A program made the position numbers and the translations under genes. From NCBI GenBank assembly GCA_045632925.1, contig JAZQXP010000066.1, positions 193,454 to 257,453 on the forward strand: a stretch of DNA of 64,000 bases. The letters are read 5' to 3'. Of this stretch, positions 50,201 through 58,778 are shown in pieces (the first letter of the stretch is position 1; the number at the start of each line of letters is the position of its first letter). The DNA is from Eubacteriales bacterium (lineage in GTDB: Bacteria; Bacillota; Clostridia; Oscillospirales; CAG-272). Below the pieces are notes generated by a model, which was not told where the DNA came from, made no database searches, and was given only the letters and a program-made list of their open reading frames with translations.

Positions 50201-51114
50201 GAGATAGCAAGCTTCTTATCGAACTTATAGCGTCCGACGGGAGCGATGTCGTATCTCTTGGAATCGAAGAAGAAGTTGTTGATGAGAGTCAAAGCCGCAT
50301 CGACCTGGATAGGCTCGCCGGGGCGGAGCTTACGGAAGATCTCGCGGAGGGACTCAACCGATGCACTGGAACGGCGGTTGATCGCCGAAGCCTCGGACTC
50401 ATCCTTCTCAAGGGTAGCACGGAGACGTATATCGTCGCCGAACATATTGAAAATGTCCTCTGCGCTCTCAATGCCGGCGATCATATTGCCGGTCTCGGGG
50501 TCAAGAGAAAGTCCGAGAGCACGGATGAACATGGTAAGGGGGAGCTTACGGTTCTTATCTATTCTTACATAGATAACGTTGTTGCTGTCAACCTCATACT
50601 CGAGCCACGCGCCGCGGTAGGGGATGATCTGCGCAGTAAAGGTCTTCTTTCCCGCTTTATCGATGTCGGATGCGTAGTACATACCCGGCGAACGAATAAT
50701 CTGCGAGACGATGACACGCTCAGCACCGTTGATAACGAAGGTGCCGTTTTCGGTCATGATCGGGAAGTCACCCATATAAATATCGGTCTGCTTGACTTCT
50801 CCCGTCTGCTTGTTATTGAGGCGGACGTTGACCTTCAGGGGAGCCGCATAGTTTACGTCTCTCTCCTTGCATTCCTCAACGGGATATTTGGGCTTCGAGT
50901 CTATCGAATAGGAAACGAATTCGATAGAAAGATTTCCGCTGTAGTCGACGATGGGCGATACGTCGCGGAGAACCTCGGCAAGTCCTTCCTCGAGGAACCA
51001 TTTGAAGGAATTTGTCTGAATCTCAATAAGATTCGGGATTTCGAGTGTAGTGCGGGTTTTGGAAAAGGATTTTCTTAAATTCTTTCCGAGCACCTGGTCT
51101 GTTACATTGACCAT
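47209..51114 (-). CDS. rpoB: RNA polymerase beta subunit
   Basis: ATG at 51114 (GGAGTG SD 8 nt upstream) gives [50 protein letters not shown] motif present. The track ORF carries a 61-codon 5' extension. Confidence 0.95.
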   Translation of the reverse strand: MVNVTDQVLGKNLRKSFSKTRTTLEIPNLIEIQTNSFKWFLEEGLAEVLRDVSPIVDYSGNLSIEFVSYSIDSKPKYPVEECKERDVNYAAPLKVNVRLNNKQTGEVKQTDIYMGDFPIMTENGTFVINGAERVIVSQIIRSPGMYYASDIDKAGKKTFTAQIIPYRGAWLEYEVDSNNVIYVRIDKNRKLPLTMFIRALGLSLDPETGNMIAGIESAEDIFNMFGDDIRLRATLEKDESEASAINRRSSASVESLREIFRKLRPGEPIQVDAALTLINNFFFDSKRYDIAPVGRYKFDKKLAISERIANRRLAAPVVSTISGELLFEEGHVITPEEALEIEYAAVNEVEIALDNGEVIKVFSNHTCWPEKIIGDKLLDCGVREKVSTPVLLSIMEECGGDLDAIKAACRARINELCPKHITREDIFATINYLLNLAHDVGTTDDIDHLGNRRIRSVGEQLQNQIRIGFSRMEKIIRERMTTQDNEKLTPQALINIRPVATVIREFFGSSQLSQFMDQANPLSELTHKRRLSALGPGGLSRDRASFDVRDVHYTHYGRMCPIETPEGPNIGLISYLATYARISDYGFIEAPYRRVDRATRRVTDEVVYMTADVEDNYIIAQANEPLDENGCFINNTVTARDKNEFREVSVDEIDFMDVSPKMVVSAATAMIPFLENDDNSRALMGSNMQKQAVPLMVTDSPIVGTGMEYKVARDSGVVVLAKNAGVVEHVETAKIVIRTDDGRKDSYDLIKFKRTNQGTCCNQRPLVVHGERVEKGQVIADGPATSKGEIALGKNALIGFMTWEGYNYEDAVLLNENLVRNDVYTSLHIEVYTHEARDTKLGSEEITREIQNVGEDALRNLDAYGVVKKGTEVHAGDILVGKITPKGETDLTAEERLLRAIFGEKTRETRDTSLRLPHGESGIVVDVRVFSHEQGDELPTGVNKVVHVYIAQKRKISVGDKMAGRHGNKGVVSRILPPEDMPFLPDGTPLDIVLNPLGVPSRMNIGQVLEVHLGIAARKLGWKIMTPVFDGANEKDILECMKMANMWREVFPGENVDGKETREITDPVTGETRRQVIDGKTVLYDGRTGEPFDNPVTVGIMYYLKLHHLVDDKIHARSNGPYSLVTQQPLGGKAQFGGQRFGEMEVWALEAYGAAYTLQEILTVKSDDVNGRRKAYEAIIQGQNIPTPGVPEAFKVLVKELQSLCLDIRVLNEEGEEIKLSSVVEEEQPQYLSRRDSDAIDDAVGQTGSEDEYGRGGFLFADEDGEFDLGEDEEDEGDDEYAEEYEYESEDDYESEDGYDN

Positions 51115-51285
51115 AAATTCAATCACTCCATTCAAGTATTTTTCGCTTTTTACATCCCTTTCGGAATTTTCTCCAACCAAAGACGGAATATTAATTTTTT
51201 CATACAAAATTAATATATCCATCGCAGTTCGGAAACAATCTCGACCCATTTTTAGACATATTAAGCGATTATAATGCAGTATAAT

Positions 51286-51314
51286 ATTATACAACATGTT
51301 TTTCGATTTGTCAA
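51286..51314 (-). promoter_or_regulatory. promoter of rpoB-rpoC
   Basis: On the minus strand: TTGACA, 17 nt spacer, TATAAT. A leader of about 165 nt follows. Confidence 0.6.
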
Positions 51315-51435
51315 TACCAAAATCGAAAAAAATTCCATTTTTCCAAAAAATATTTTTTGCTATTATAATTATTAATATGTATAAATCGGGACGGCGGGTA
51401 CATAAAATCTATTTAACAGACAAGGAGTGAAAAAA

Positions 51436-52551
51436 ATGAACGGTAAAAACGCTCTGCACGAGCGGCGTCCCGATTGGATTCGCGCCGCGTGTATGATATT
51501 CTGCATACTCGCCGCCACAGCCGCGGCTTACGTAATTTTCAGATACCTGTTTGCAATACTTCTTCCGCTTCTGATCGGAGCGGGGGTCGGCGCACTCACT
51601 TCCACGCTTGCGTCAAAGCTATCAAAATACACACGGGCTTCGGGGAGAGTCGTCTCGCTCGCAGTACTGCTTGTTCTTCTCTCCTCGCTTGTGGCTTTGC
51701 TGTTCTTTGTCGTGAAGCGATTGGTAACCGAGCTCGGGCGTCTCGCGGAAGGGATCGGCGAGGACGGCGGCGTCATAGCTGAGTTTTTTGAAAAAGCCAC
51801 TTCAACAGTGTCCGACTTTGGAAACAGGATCGCGGCACTATTGCCGGGAGAAGAAAGCGCAGAGATAACCGAGAGGATAAACGGCTACATCGGCGATCTT
51901 CTCGGGGATGCGCTTTCGGCATTGGGAACAGCCATCCCGGGATTTCTGACCTCGATCCTCAGCGCGCTTCCCGATATTTTCCTCGGGGTGATCGTAGCCG
52001 TGATCGCATCGTTTTATTTCACACTTGACAGCGGAAGGATCAGAAGCGGCATCCGGGGGCTGCTTCCATCCTCCGCCGAACGTCTTCTCTCGCATATAAA
52101 AAAAGAAGCCGCAGTAGCCGCTATCGGCTATCTGCGCTCCTATTCTCTGATCATGCTGATCACCTTTGCCGAGATCTTTTTCGGCCTCAGCGTGCTCGGA
52201 GTCGAATACTCCTTTCTCGTCGCCGCCGTAAGCGCCGCGGTTGACATCCTTCCCGTTCTCGGAGTAGGTGTCGTACTGATCCCGTGGGCGCTCTACTGCC
52301 TTGTCACCCGCGATCTTTTCCTCGGTATCGGACTGATTATATTATATGTAATAATCGTAGTCGTAAGGCAGTTCATCGAGCCGAAGATCGTAGGCGAAAC
52401 ACTGGGGCTTCATCCGCTCGTCACACTCGCTTCGTTCTATCTCGGCTACAGGCTTTTCGGCTTTGTTGGAATACTTCTCGCTCCGCTGATACTGATCGCC
52501 TGGCGCGCCTTCAAGGCTTGCTCCGAGGGAGGGCTTATTACGAACGCTTGA
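51436..52551 (+). CDS. AI-2E/YtvI-family integral membrane protein
   Basis: ATG at 51436 with AAGGAG 8 nt upstream (the track start is a GTG at 51427). About 371 aa, 7-8 TM helices, and a C-terminal EPKIVGETLGLHPLV motif typical of the family. Confidence 0.7.
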   Translation: MNGKNALHERRPDWIRAACMIFCILAATAAAYVIFRYLFAILLPLLIGAGVGALTSTLASKLSKYTRASGRVVSLAVLLVLLSSLVALLFFVVKRLVTELGRLAEGIGEDGGVIAEFFEKATSTVSDFGNRIAALLPGEESAEITERINGYIGDLLGDALSALGTAIPGFLTSILSALPDIFLGVIVAVIASFYFTLDSGRIRSGIRGLLPSSAERLLSHIKKEAAVAAIGYLRSYSLIMLITFAEIFFGLSVLGVEYSFLVAAVSAAVDILPVLGVGVVLIPWALYCLVTRDLFLGIGLIILYVIIVVVRQFIEPKIVGETLGLHPLVTLASFYLGYRLFGFVGILLAPLILIAWRAFKACSEGGLITNA

Positions 52552-52840
52552 CCGCGCCGGTTCTGAAAACGAATGCCGAAGCGGCAATTATCATCGCCCC
52601 GTATACCGCGATCGAAGCGATGCCGAGCGAGCCCGCCGTTACAGCCGAGACGTAGAAGAAAATGCCGACCGCAATCGCCGCGCCGCCAAGGATACGACAA
52701 ACGGTATCAACCGCTCTGTCCTCAAAGAATGCGATAACGAGGCAGAAGAAGGAGATCAGCTTCTCGCCGAAGGCTTCATTATATATGGAAGAATTTCCGG
52801 TCATTCCACAGTTGTAATTTCTATCGATGCACTTATTCAT
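52538..52840 (-). CDS. hypothetical small membrane protein
   Basis: ATG at 52840 with GTGAGG SD. About 100 aa with 3 hydrophobic helices. Its 3' end overlaps the convergent ytvI-like gene by 14 nt. Confidence 0.35.
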   Translation of the reverse strand: MNKCIDRNYNCGMTGNSSIYNEAFGEKLISFFCLVIAFFEDRAVDTVCRILGGAAIAVGIFFYVSAVTAGSLGIASIAVYGAMIIAASAFVFRTGAVKRS

Positions 52841-52958
52841 TTTGTACCTCACACTTCAAATAATTCCGATTTCGGAATCTTTCTGACATAATTATACCAC
52901 ATCTGATTGCGTTTGTCAAGATATTTTTATCATTTTCGGAAATATTTTTATTTTTCTA

Positions 52959-52987
52959 TTTACAAAACGGAATTTTTGTGATATAAT
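52959..52987 (+). promoter_or_regulatory. promoter of the XRE-S24 regulator gene
   Basis: TTTACA, 17 nt spacer, TATAAT with TGa extended -10. The palindrome TAATTCC-N6-GGAATTA (52987-53006) abuts the -10. Confidence 0.55.
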
Positions 52988-53018
52988 AATTCCAACAAAG
53001 GAATTAAGGGGTTTCAAA

Positions 53019-53834
53019 ATGGGTTTTGAATACATTGAAAGAATAAAGCAGATCAAGAATGAAAAAAAGATCACGAACGAAGAGCTCGCGCGTCTTTCGG
53101 GAATTCCTCTCGGAACGCTCTCGAAGCTTCTTGCGGGTCTCTCGGATTCGGTCAAGCTTTCCAACATGATCGCGATCTGCGAGGCGCTCGGCTGCTCGCT
53201 TGATTATATTGTCAGCGGCATTCCCGAGAACACGAACAACTTCACTCTCGACGGAAACGAGATCAGGCTGATCGAGGAATACCGCCGCCTCGACACGCAC
53301 GGCAAGGAGCTGCTTATGCTCATCGCGGGCAAGGAGCGCGAGCGTGTTTCAAGTGAGGAGCATCCCGCAGTTGTTACTGCTCCAATCTTCTCGAGAGAGA
53401 CAACTCCCGTCATCACCGCTCCCATCGCTAACAGATACAAGGACAGCGGTGCAGGCAGAGTCACAAAGCGTTCTATCCCGCTCTACGATCTTCCCGTTTC
53501 CGCGGGCATCGGCGAGTATCTTGACGGCGACGCGGCTGAAAGCGTAAGCATCACGGTCAGCGAAGCAACCGCGGGCGCGGACTTTGCTCTCCGCATCAGC
53601 GGAAACAGTATGGAGCCGAAATACCACGACGGCGACGTTCTTCTCGTTCAGAACGCAGAGGGTGTCGAGGTAGGCGAATCCGGTATCTTCGTGCTTGACG
53701 GCGCGGGCTACTTCAAGGTCTACGGCGGCGATTGCCTCATTTCTCTCAATCCCGAGTACGGAAGGATCATGCTCAAGGATTTCGAGAACGTATCCTGCAT
53801 TGGTAAGGTGCTTGGAAGATTGAGAAAACGATAA
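53019..53834 (+). CDS. XRE-type HTH repressor fused to an S24 (LexA/CI-like) autopeptidase domain
   Basis: 271 aa. N-terminal ITNEELARLSGIPLGTLSKLLAG HTH. C-terminal ISGNSMEPKYHDGDVLLV carries the Ser nucleophile, and GKVLG carries the Lys. Confidence 0.75.
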   Translation: MGFEYIERIKQIKNEKKITNEELARLSGIPLGTLSKLLAGLSDSVKLSNMIAICEALGCSLDYIVSGIPENTNNFTLDGNEIRLIEEYRRLDTHGKELLMLIAGKERERVSSEEHPAVVTAPIFSRETTPVITAPIANRYKDSGAGRVTKRSIPLYDLPVSAGIGEYLDGDAAESVSITVSEATAGADFALRISGNSMEPKYHDGDVLLVQNAEGVEVGESGIFVLDGAGYFKVYGGDCLISLNPEYGRIMLKDFENVSCIGKVLGRLRKR

Positions 53835-54111
53835 GTGGTCAGGCCAAGTGATCAGTGGTCAGTGGTTAGTGAACAGAAAGATGCGAATGATAATTTAATT
53901 TATCTTTTCTGTTCATTATTAAACAAATATTTCAAATAAACAAAGCTCTCGGATATCTTGAATTTCTTCAAAATATCCGAGAGTTCATTTTTTATTATGT
54001 TATTGTACAGTACAAAAACTCTATATATTGTACAAAATTATAGCAGTAACCCGCATCTTTCTGACCACTGACCACTGACCACTGACCACTGACCACTGAT
54101 CACTGACCACT
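53834..54111. repeat. long inverted repeat with arms made of the 9-mer CTGACCACT, bracketing an AT-rich core that holds a bidirectional terminator
   Basis: Left arm 53834-53885 is agtggtcaggccaagtgatcagtggtcagtggttagtgaacagaaagatgcg. Right arm 54052-54111 is cgcatctttctg followed by (ctgaccact) x5 and gatcactgaccact. The arms abut the stop codons of both convergent genes. Confidence 0.85.
53946..53992. terminator. bidirectional terminator
   Basis: ctctcggatat...atatccgagag 11-bp stem with TTCATTTTTT on one side and an A-rich tract on the other. Confidence 0.75.
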
Positions 54112-54113
54112 AG

Positions 54114-54842
54114 TTATCCATTAAGAAATCTCGACAAGAACTCGCGTGTTCTCGGCATCTTCGGATTTCCGAAGAGCTCGTCGGGTGTACCTTCCTCGAG
54201 GACAACGCCGCCATCCATGAAGATGACTCTGTCCGAGACCTCGCGCGCGAACGCCATCTCGTGGGTCACGACGATCATCGTGAGTCCCGATTTTGCAAGG
54301 CTCTTGATAACGTCGAGTACCTCGCCGACCATTTCGGGGTCGAGCGCGGAGGTGGGCTCGTCAAAGAGGATGACCTCGGGGTTCATCGAAAGCGCGCGTG
54401 CGATCGCGATTCTCTGCTTCTGTCCACCCGAAAGCTGCTTCGGACGCGCATTGACGAACGCAGTCATTCCGACCTTTTCGATAAACTCTCTTGCGATCTT
54501 CTCTGCCTCGTCTCTCTTTCTCTTCAGCACCTTCATCTGCGGCATTACGCAGTTTTCAAGTGCGGTCATATTGTCGAAGAGATTGAACTGCTGAAATACC
54601 ATTCCGACCTCGGCGCGGTATTTCGACAGATTGAGAGTGAGGATATCCTGATCCTTATATTTGATGACTCCGCCCGTAGGCTCCTCGAGGAGATTGATGC
54701 AGCGAAGCATCGTGCTCTTGCCCGAGCCCGACGATCCGATAACGCTGATGACCTCACCCTTTTCCACGGTAAGGTTTACGTCAAGGAGGACCTTATGGTC
54801 GCCGAAGCTTTTTTCAAGATGTTCAAGGACTATCTCTTTCAT
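54114..54842 (-). CDS. polar amino-acid ABC transporter ATP-binding protein
   Basis: 242 aa. [24 protein letters not shown] and [11 protein letters not shown] motifs. Confidence 0.9.
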   Translation of the reverse strand: MKEIVLEHLEKSFGDHKVLLDVNLTVEKGEVISVIGSSGSGKSTMLRCINLLEEPTGGVIKYKDQDILTLNLSKYRAEVGMVFQQFNLFDNMTALENCVMPQMKVLKRKRDEAEKIAREFIEKVGMTAFVNARPKQLSGGQKQRIAIARALSMNPEVILFDEPTSALDPEMVGEVLDVIKSLAKSGLTMIVVTHEMAFAREVSDRVIFMDGGVVLEEGTPDELFGNPKMPRTREFLSRFLNG

Positions 54843-55606
54843 TTCACAGCCTCCTTTACGTGGATCTCAGCCGCGGGATCCGACTGCGAGCCGCAGATCG
54901 TATAATTCTCATTGCCGTTAAGCTTCTTTTCGCAGAGGCGGAGGATCCTGGTTACCGAGAAGGTCATGATGAAATAGAGCACGCAGACGATCGTGTAGGT
55001 TTGGAATATTTCAAGATTGATATATATGATCTTACCCGCCATAAAATAGAGCTCGGCAACACCGATTACGTTAAGCACCGAGGTATCCTTGATGTTGATA
55101 ACGAACTCGTTGCTGACAGAGGGAAGGATATTGCGCATTACCTGCGGAACAACGACGTAAAGCATAGCCTGCCAATGAGTCATTCCGACCGAATACGCGC
55201 CCTCGAACTGTCCCTTATCGATCGATATGATACCGCCGCGGACGATCTCAGCCATATACGCACCGGTATTGATCGAAACGATAAAGATACCCGCGGGAAC
55301 GAGCGGGAGGGTCTGTCCGTCGTTCAAAAATGCATAGCCCCAGAAAATGACCATCGCCTGGACCATCATAGGAGTACCGCGGAAGATTTCAATATAAACC
55401 GCAATTATTCCGTTTACTATCTTATGAATAACGCGGAGGAGCTTATTCTTGGAAAATGGGGTGGTTCTGATAATACCGGTCAGAAGACCGATAACAAGAC
55501 CGGCAACCGTACCGATCAAGGAGATCAGAAGGGTCATTCCTATACCTTTGAGAAGGAAGGGATAAAACTCCTTCAAGATCTCCCAAATCTGAATAAAGAA
55601 CGTCAT
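54839..55606 (-). CDS. polar amino-acid ABC transporter permease
   Basis: 255 aa. His/Glu/Gln/Arg-type permease pattern ([12 protein letters not shown]-like loop). Confidence 0.85.
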   Translation of the reverse strand: MTFFIQIWEILKEFYPFLLKGIGMTLLISLIGTVAGLVIGLLTGIIRTTPFSKNKLLRVIHKIVNGIIAVYIEIFRGTPMMVQAMVIFWGYAFLNDGQTLPLVPAGIFIVSINTGAYMAEIVRGGIISIDKGQFEGAYSVGMTHWQAMLYVVVPQVMRNILPSVSNEFVINIKDTSVLNVIGVAELYFMAGKIIYINLEIFQTYTIVCVLYFIMTFSVTRILRLCEKKLNGNENYTICGSQSDPAAEIHVKEAVK

Positions 55607-56478
55607 TACTTCTGGATCTTATAGATAATTACGAGGTTGGAGTTATAGTAGCACTCGGTGAAGTCAACCTCTTCTTCTCTCTCTGCGGTGGGGCTCATTC
55701 CGGCAATAATGCCGTCAACGGTGCCTGCCTGAACTGCGGGGATAAGAGCATCCCATTCAAGGGAATGGATCTCGAGAGCCATTCCGAGCTCTGCCGCGAT
55801 AAACTTTGCTACCTGAACGTCATAGCCGTTTGCGTACATACCTTCAACGTTGCTGATCGGAACCGCGCCGTTGGCATCGTTGGTCTGAGTCCAGTTGAAG
55901 GGCTCGTAAGCGCACTCCATAGCGATCTTGAGAGTGCCGGCGGATGTATCGGTCTTGGAAGACGAAAGAGCAAGAGCACCGATATCGGCGGTCTTATCGT
56001 CAGCGAGGGTGCACATCTGCTTCATAAGATTGGTGCGAGTCTCTGCGGAGATACCTGCGATGATGGGATTTACCTTTGCAACCATTTCGGAGCCGGTCTT
56101 GAACGCAACTGCGATACCGGTCTGAGCGTCGGTAGCGGTAAAGCCTGTGTCATTGTTTACGAAGGGGAGGTATGCGAGTCCGCTGTCGGGTGTGCAATTG
56201 GAAATCGCTGTGGGCTCCTCTGCGACGTAACCGTCGATAGCACCCGACTTAAGAGCTGTGAGAAGGCCGATGAAATCGGGATATTCCTGAACTGTGATGC
56301 CTTCGATCTGTGCGAGAGCGTCGAGATGGAAGGTTCCTGTCTGAGCCGCGATGATCGCGCCCTTGAGCTCGGAGATGTTCTTGGCTGTGCTGATGTCTGT
56401 CTTCTCTCTGGAAGAGCAAGCGGTAAGTGCTGTGCAAAGGAGCACGAGCGAGAGGATGATTGATGTTAGCTTTTTCAT
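55606..56478 (-). CDS. amino-acid ABC transporter substrate-binding lipoprotein (probably lysine)
   Basis: 290 aa. Lipobox LTACSS, type-II periplasmic binding protein layout, directly behind a lysine riboswitch. Confidence 0.8.
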   Translation of the reverse strand: MKKLTSIILSLVLLCTALTACSSREKTDISTAKNISELKGAIIAAQTGTFHLDALAQIEGITVQEYPDFIGLLTALKSGAIDGYVAEEPTAISNCTPDSGLAYLPFVNNDTGFTATDAQTGIAVAFKTGSEMVAKVNPIIAGISAETRTNLMKQMCTLADDKTADIGALALSSSKTDTSAGTLKIAMECAYEPFNWTQTNDANGAVPISNVEGMYANGYDVQVAKFIAAELGMALEIHSLEWDALIPAVQAGTVDGIIAGMSPTAEREEEVDFTECYYNSNLVIIYKIQK

Positions 56479-56514
56479 TTTCTTTTCTCCTTATATAATG
56501 AAAAATATTATTTA

Positions 56515-56545
56515 AATTGAAAAGGCCGAAGCAAGTGCTCCGACC
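56515..56545 (-). terminator. terminator of the lysine riboswitch expression platform
   Basis: On the minus strand: ggtcggagc-actt-gcttcggcc followed by TTTTC. Confidence 0.7.
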
Positions 56546-56579
56546 GCCATAAATATCCATACGGATAAATACAATCGAA

Positions 56580-56748
56580 CATGTAGCACTCCACAATAAA
56601 TCACTGTGACAGTTGATACGATATTCTCGCATCCCCCAACGAAGCTCCTCCGGCAGGAGACCCGTTTCGGCAGCTGCACCTTTCCCCGCCGATACGCGAT
56701 CCCGGTATCAGTCGGCGGTTACTATTTACAGCCGCGCCTCTAACAATT
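56580..56748 (-). promoter_or_regulatory. lysine riboswitch (L-box)
   Basis: The minus strand contains, in order, the hallmark blocks AGAGGCGC, GGGGAAAGG, GCCGAAAC, CUGCCGGAGGAG, ACUGUCA and UGGAGUGCUAC. Confidence 0.8.
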
Positions 56749-56776
56749 CTTTGATTCGACTATTCAATTCTGAATT

Positions 56777-56805
56777 ATTATATCACTTAATATCACCGTT
56801 GTCAA
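56777..56805 (-). promoter_or_regulatory. promoter of the lysine riboswitch-ABC operon
   Basis: On the minus strand: TTGACA, 17 nt spacer, TATAAT. Confidence 0.65.
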
Positions 56806-56832
56806 GCTTTTTATTAAAAAAACAAGGAATTA

Positions 56833-56864
56833 ACATAAAACAGGAAGCGATTGCCTCCTGTTTT
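56833..56864 (-). terminator. terminator of the sigma/anti-sigma/sORF operon
   Basis: On the minus strand: acaggagg-caatcg-cttcctgt followed by TTTTATGTT. The stem is better on the minus strand because of a G-U pair. Confidence 0.7.
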
Positions 56865-56876
56865 AATTACAAGTAT

Positions 56877-57017
56877 TTATTTCTTCTGCTCAATGAGTGC
56901 GATGATGACCGCGCCCATTGCGGCAGAGCACACGATTGCGCCGAGCCCTTCAACCAATGCTTCAGCAATGACGCCAAGAACGATTGAGATCACCGCGGAT
57001 ATGATTGCTGTGATCAT
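56877..57017 (-). CDS. unannotated 46-aa hydrophobic small protein
   Basis: Below the track size cut-off. Hand translation: MITAIISAVISIVLGVIAEALVEGLGAIVCSAAMGAVIIALIEQKK. GGAGGA lies 6 nt upstream. The ORF begins 13 nt after the stop of the upstream gene and ends 13 nt before a terminator. Confidence 0.4.
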   Translation of the reverse strand: MITAIISAVISIVLGVIAEALVEGLGAIVCSAAMGAVIIALIEQKK

Positions 57018-57029
57018 AAGCATTCCTCC

Positions 57030-58760
57030 TTATTGAAATATCCTGAGCACGGGCATTCCATCCTTCATCGTCCATATGTCGGTGAAATCGAAGCCCTCAT
57101 AATAATCCTCACTCTGCTCGGAATCGGGGGTGTAACAACAAATGTCGCCGATTCGCATACCCTCGGTTCTGTAAAGCGATATGATCTTGTCTTCGTCGCC
57201 GAGCTTGTCGAGAACGTGCTGGAAGTACATCATCTCATAGCGCGAAACGAGCTGAAAGATATAACAGAAATTCTCGTCGGTTTCGGTACCCTTGCCGCTG
57301 ACGAAGAAGACCTCCTCAAGCTCCTTTATGTTCGCGTATCGGATATCGTCAAGCAGGGCGTTATCGAGATCGTATAGGTAGAACGCCGCCAATTTCTTTT
57401 TGTCAAAGGATATCTCGGGATTGTTGCGGTCGCCGCCGTCGCTGAGATCCAAATATCCGCCCGACATACAATAGTTGAGCAAAGAATCAAATGCGGAAAG
57501 ATAAATAAACACGGGCACGAGGCGTTTTTTGCCAATGATACCTTCGCTTGAAAAGACGTTTCCTGTGACATTCAGCCTTGCCGTCGAATAGGAGCTGACA
57601 GCCGAGCTTGCATAACCCACGATCAGACCCGCGGAAGCTGTGGAGTATTCAACGTCCGTGCTTCCGCTGCCGATCACTTTGATATCGCCCGCGGTATAAC
57701 AGCTGTCAACAGCAAACGCCTCTCCGCAGAGCAGACCCGCAGATATGCTGTAAACCGTAGGTTCCGAGCCGTGTCCGCTCATATAGTCAAATATATCATA
57801 AGGCTTGCCGCCCATTTTTTCTCCGAAAGCTTCGACATCCGAGGTATCGGCTTCAACCGATACGGACGAATCCTTGACGTAAGAGGAGCTGATATATCCG
57901 ACCTGACCAGCTATCACGCCGGCTGCGGTGTAATCCGCATCCGTCACGTTGATCACCGCGTTCTCGATGCCGAGTCCCGTGACCGTTGCATTTCCCGCAT
58001 TTCCGAAGAATCCGACTGCGGAGATATACTGCATCTTAAAATCGTCCGCAGTACTCGATACCGAATGACTTCCGATATATCCGCCGTCAATGCCGTAGAT
58101 CGCGTAGGCAGGGAGATTGTATGCATCTATCATACCGTCCCCGCCGTTGAGCTTTTCGACTGCGGCACGATAACGCTCTTGAGCCTCGTCGACTCTTACG
58201 GTCTCGCGCACGGATGCGCCCGATGCGGTTATCTTGAAATTGGAAATGATATGTCCGTTGCCGTTGAATCTTCCCTCGAAAGGATTGAGATGATCACCGA
58301 TAGGTGTATGCTCTTTTCCGCCGAGGTCGATATCCGCCATAAGGATGAAATTTCCGTCGGGATCTTCACGGATCAGATCAAGATCGGCGGCGGTATAGAT
58401 CCCGACGTATCCCTCGGGAACCTCGGTAAGCTGCCCCGAATCACGTGTGAATGGGAAGGAAAGGAATTTCCATATCGCGGGTGATGCCGCAACCGCGAAG
58501 ACCGTAGCCATAAGCAGTACCGCCGCCGCAAGCGTTACGGCAAGTCTGCGCTTTTTGTGGAATCTGATCGGTCTGTTCGACTTCAATACGGCTTTAAGCT
58601 TGAGCTCAAGCTCCTCGTCGCTGAGCCTTCCTTGATCCTCCGCAACAGCCTTCTCGGTCTCGCGGACTATATCGGGATCGGGCTCATGCCATTCCCTGAT
58701 ATCGGCATCAATGATTCTGCCGAGCACGCGCAGTTTATTTTTATTGGTATTTTTCTTCAT
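57030..58760 (-). CDS. putative membrane anti-sigma factor with an extracytoplasmic GLUG-repeat domain
   Basis: 576 aa. A cytoplasmic ~70 aa region, one TM helix (LAVTLAAAVLLMATVFAVAA), then FEGRFNGNGHIISNFKI and VGFFGNAGNATVTGLGIENAVINV / AAGVIAGQVGYISSSYV repeats. Lies directly downstream of a sigma-factor gene. Confidence 0.45.
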   Translation of the reverse strand: MKKNTNKNKLRVLGRIIDADIREWHEPDPDIVRETEKAVAEDQGRLSDEELELKLKAVLKSNRPIRFHKKRRLAVTLAAAVLLMATVFAVAASPAIWKFLSFPFTRDSGQLTEVPEGYVGIYTAADLDLIREDPDGNFILMADIDLGGKEHTPIGDHLNPFEGRFNGNGHIISNFKITASGASVRETVRVDEAQERYRAAVEKLNGGDGMIDAYNLPAYAIYGIDGGYIGSHSVSSTADDFKMQYISAVGFFGNAGNATVTGLGIENAVINVTDADYTAAGVIAGQVGYISSSYVKDSSVSVEADTSDVEAFGEKMGGKPYDIFDYMSGHGSEPTVYSISAGLLCGEAFAVDSCYTAGDIKVIGSGSTDVEYSTASAGLIVGYASSAVSSYSTARLNVTGNVFSSEGIIGKKRLVPVFIYLSAFDSLLNYCMSGGYLDLSDGGDRNNPEISFDKKKLAAFYLYDLDNALLDDIRYANIKELEEVFFVSGKGTETDENFCYIFQLVSRYEMMYFQHVLDKLGDEDKIISLYRTEGMRIGDICCYTPDSEQSEDYYEGFDFTDIWTMKDGMPVLRIFQ

Positions 58761-58778
58761 TTCTTGCTCCTTGAACGG

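Noticed and set aside
51115-51297. 5' extensions of track ORFs: rpoB (61 extra codons), ribU 38446-38508, rplU 11317-11436, rpsG 42590-42607, the ytvI-like gene at 51427, the ATPase-like gene 29583-29594, and 9666-9686.
   Set aside because: In each case a downstream start has a proper SD and restores the conserved N-terminus. The extension would also run through a promoter, riboswitch or leader.
54060-54111. Tandem CTGACCACT repeats, considered as a possible CRISPR array.
   Set aside because: The repeat unit is 9 nt with no spacers, no leader and no cas genes. It is one arm of an inverted repeat.
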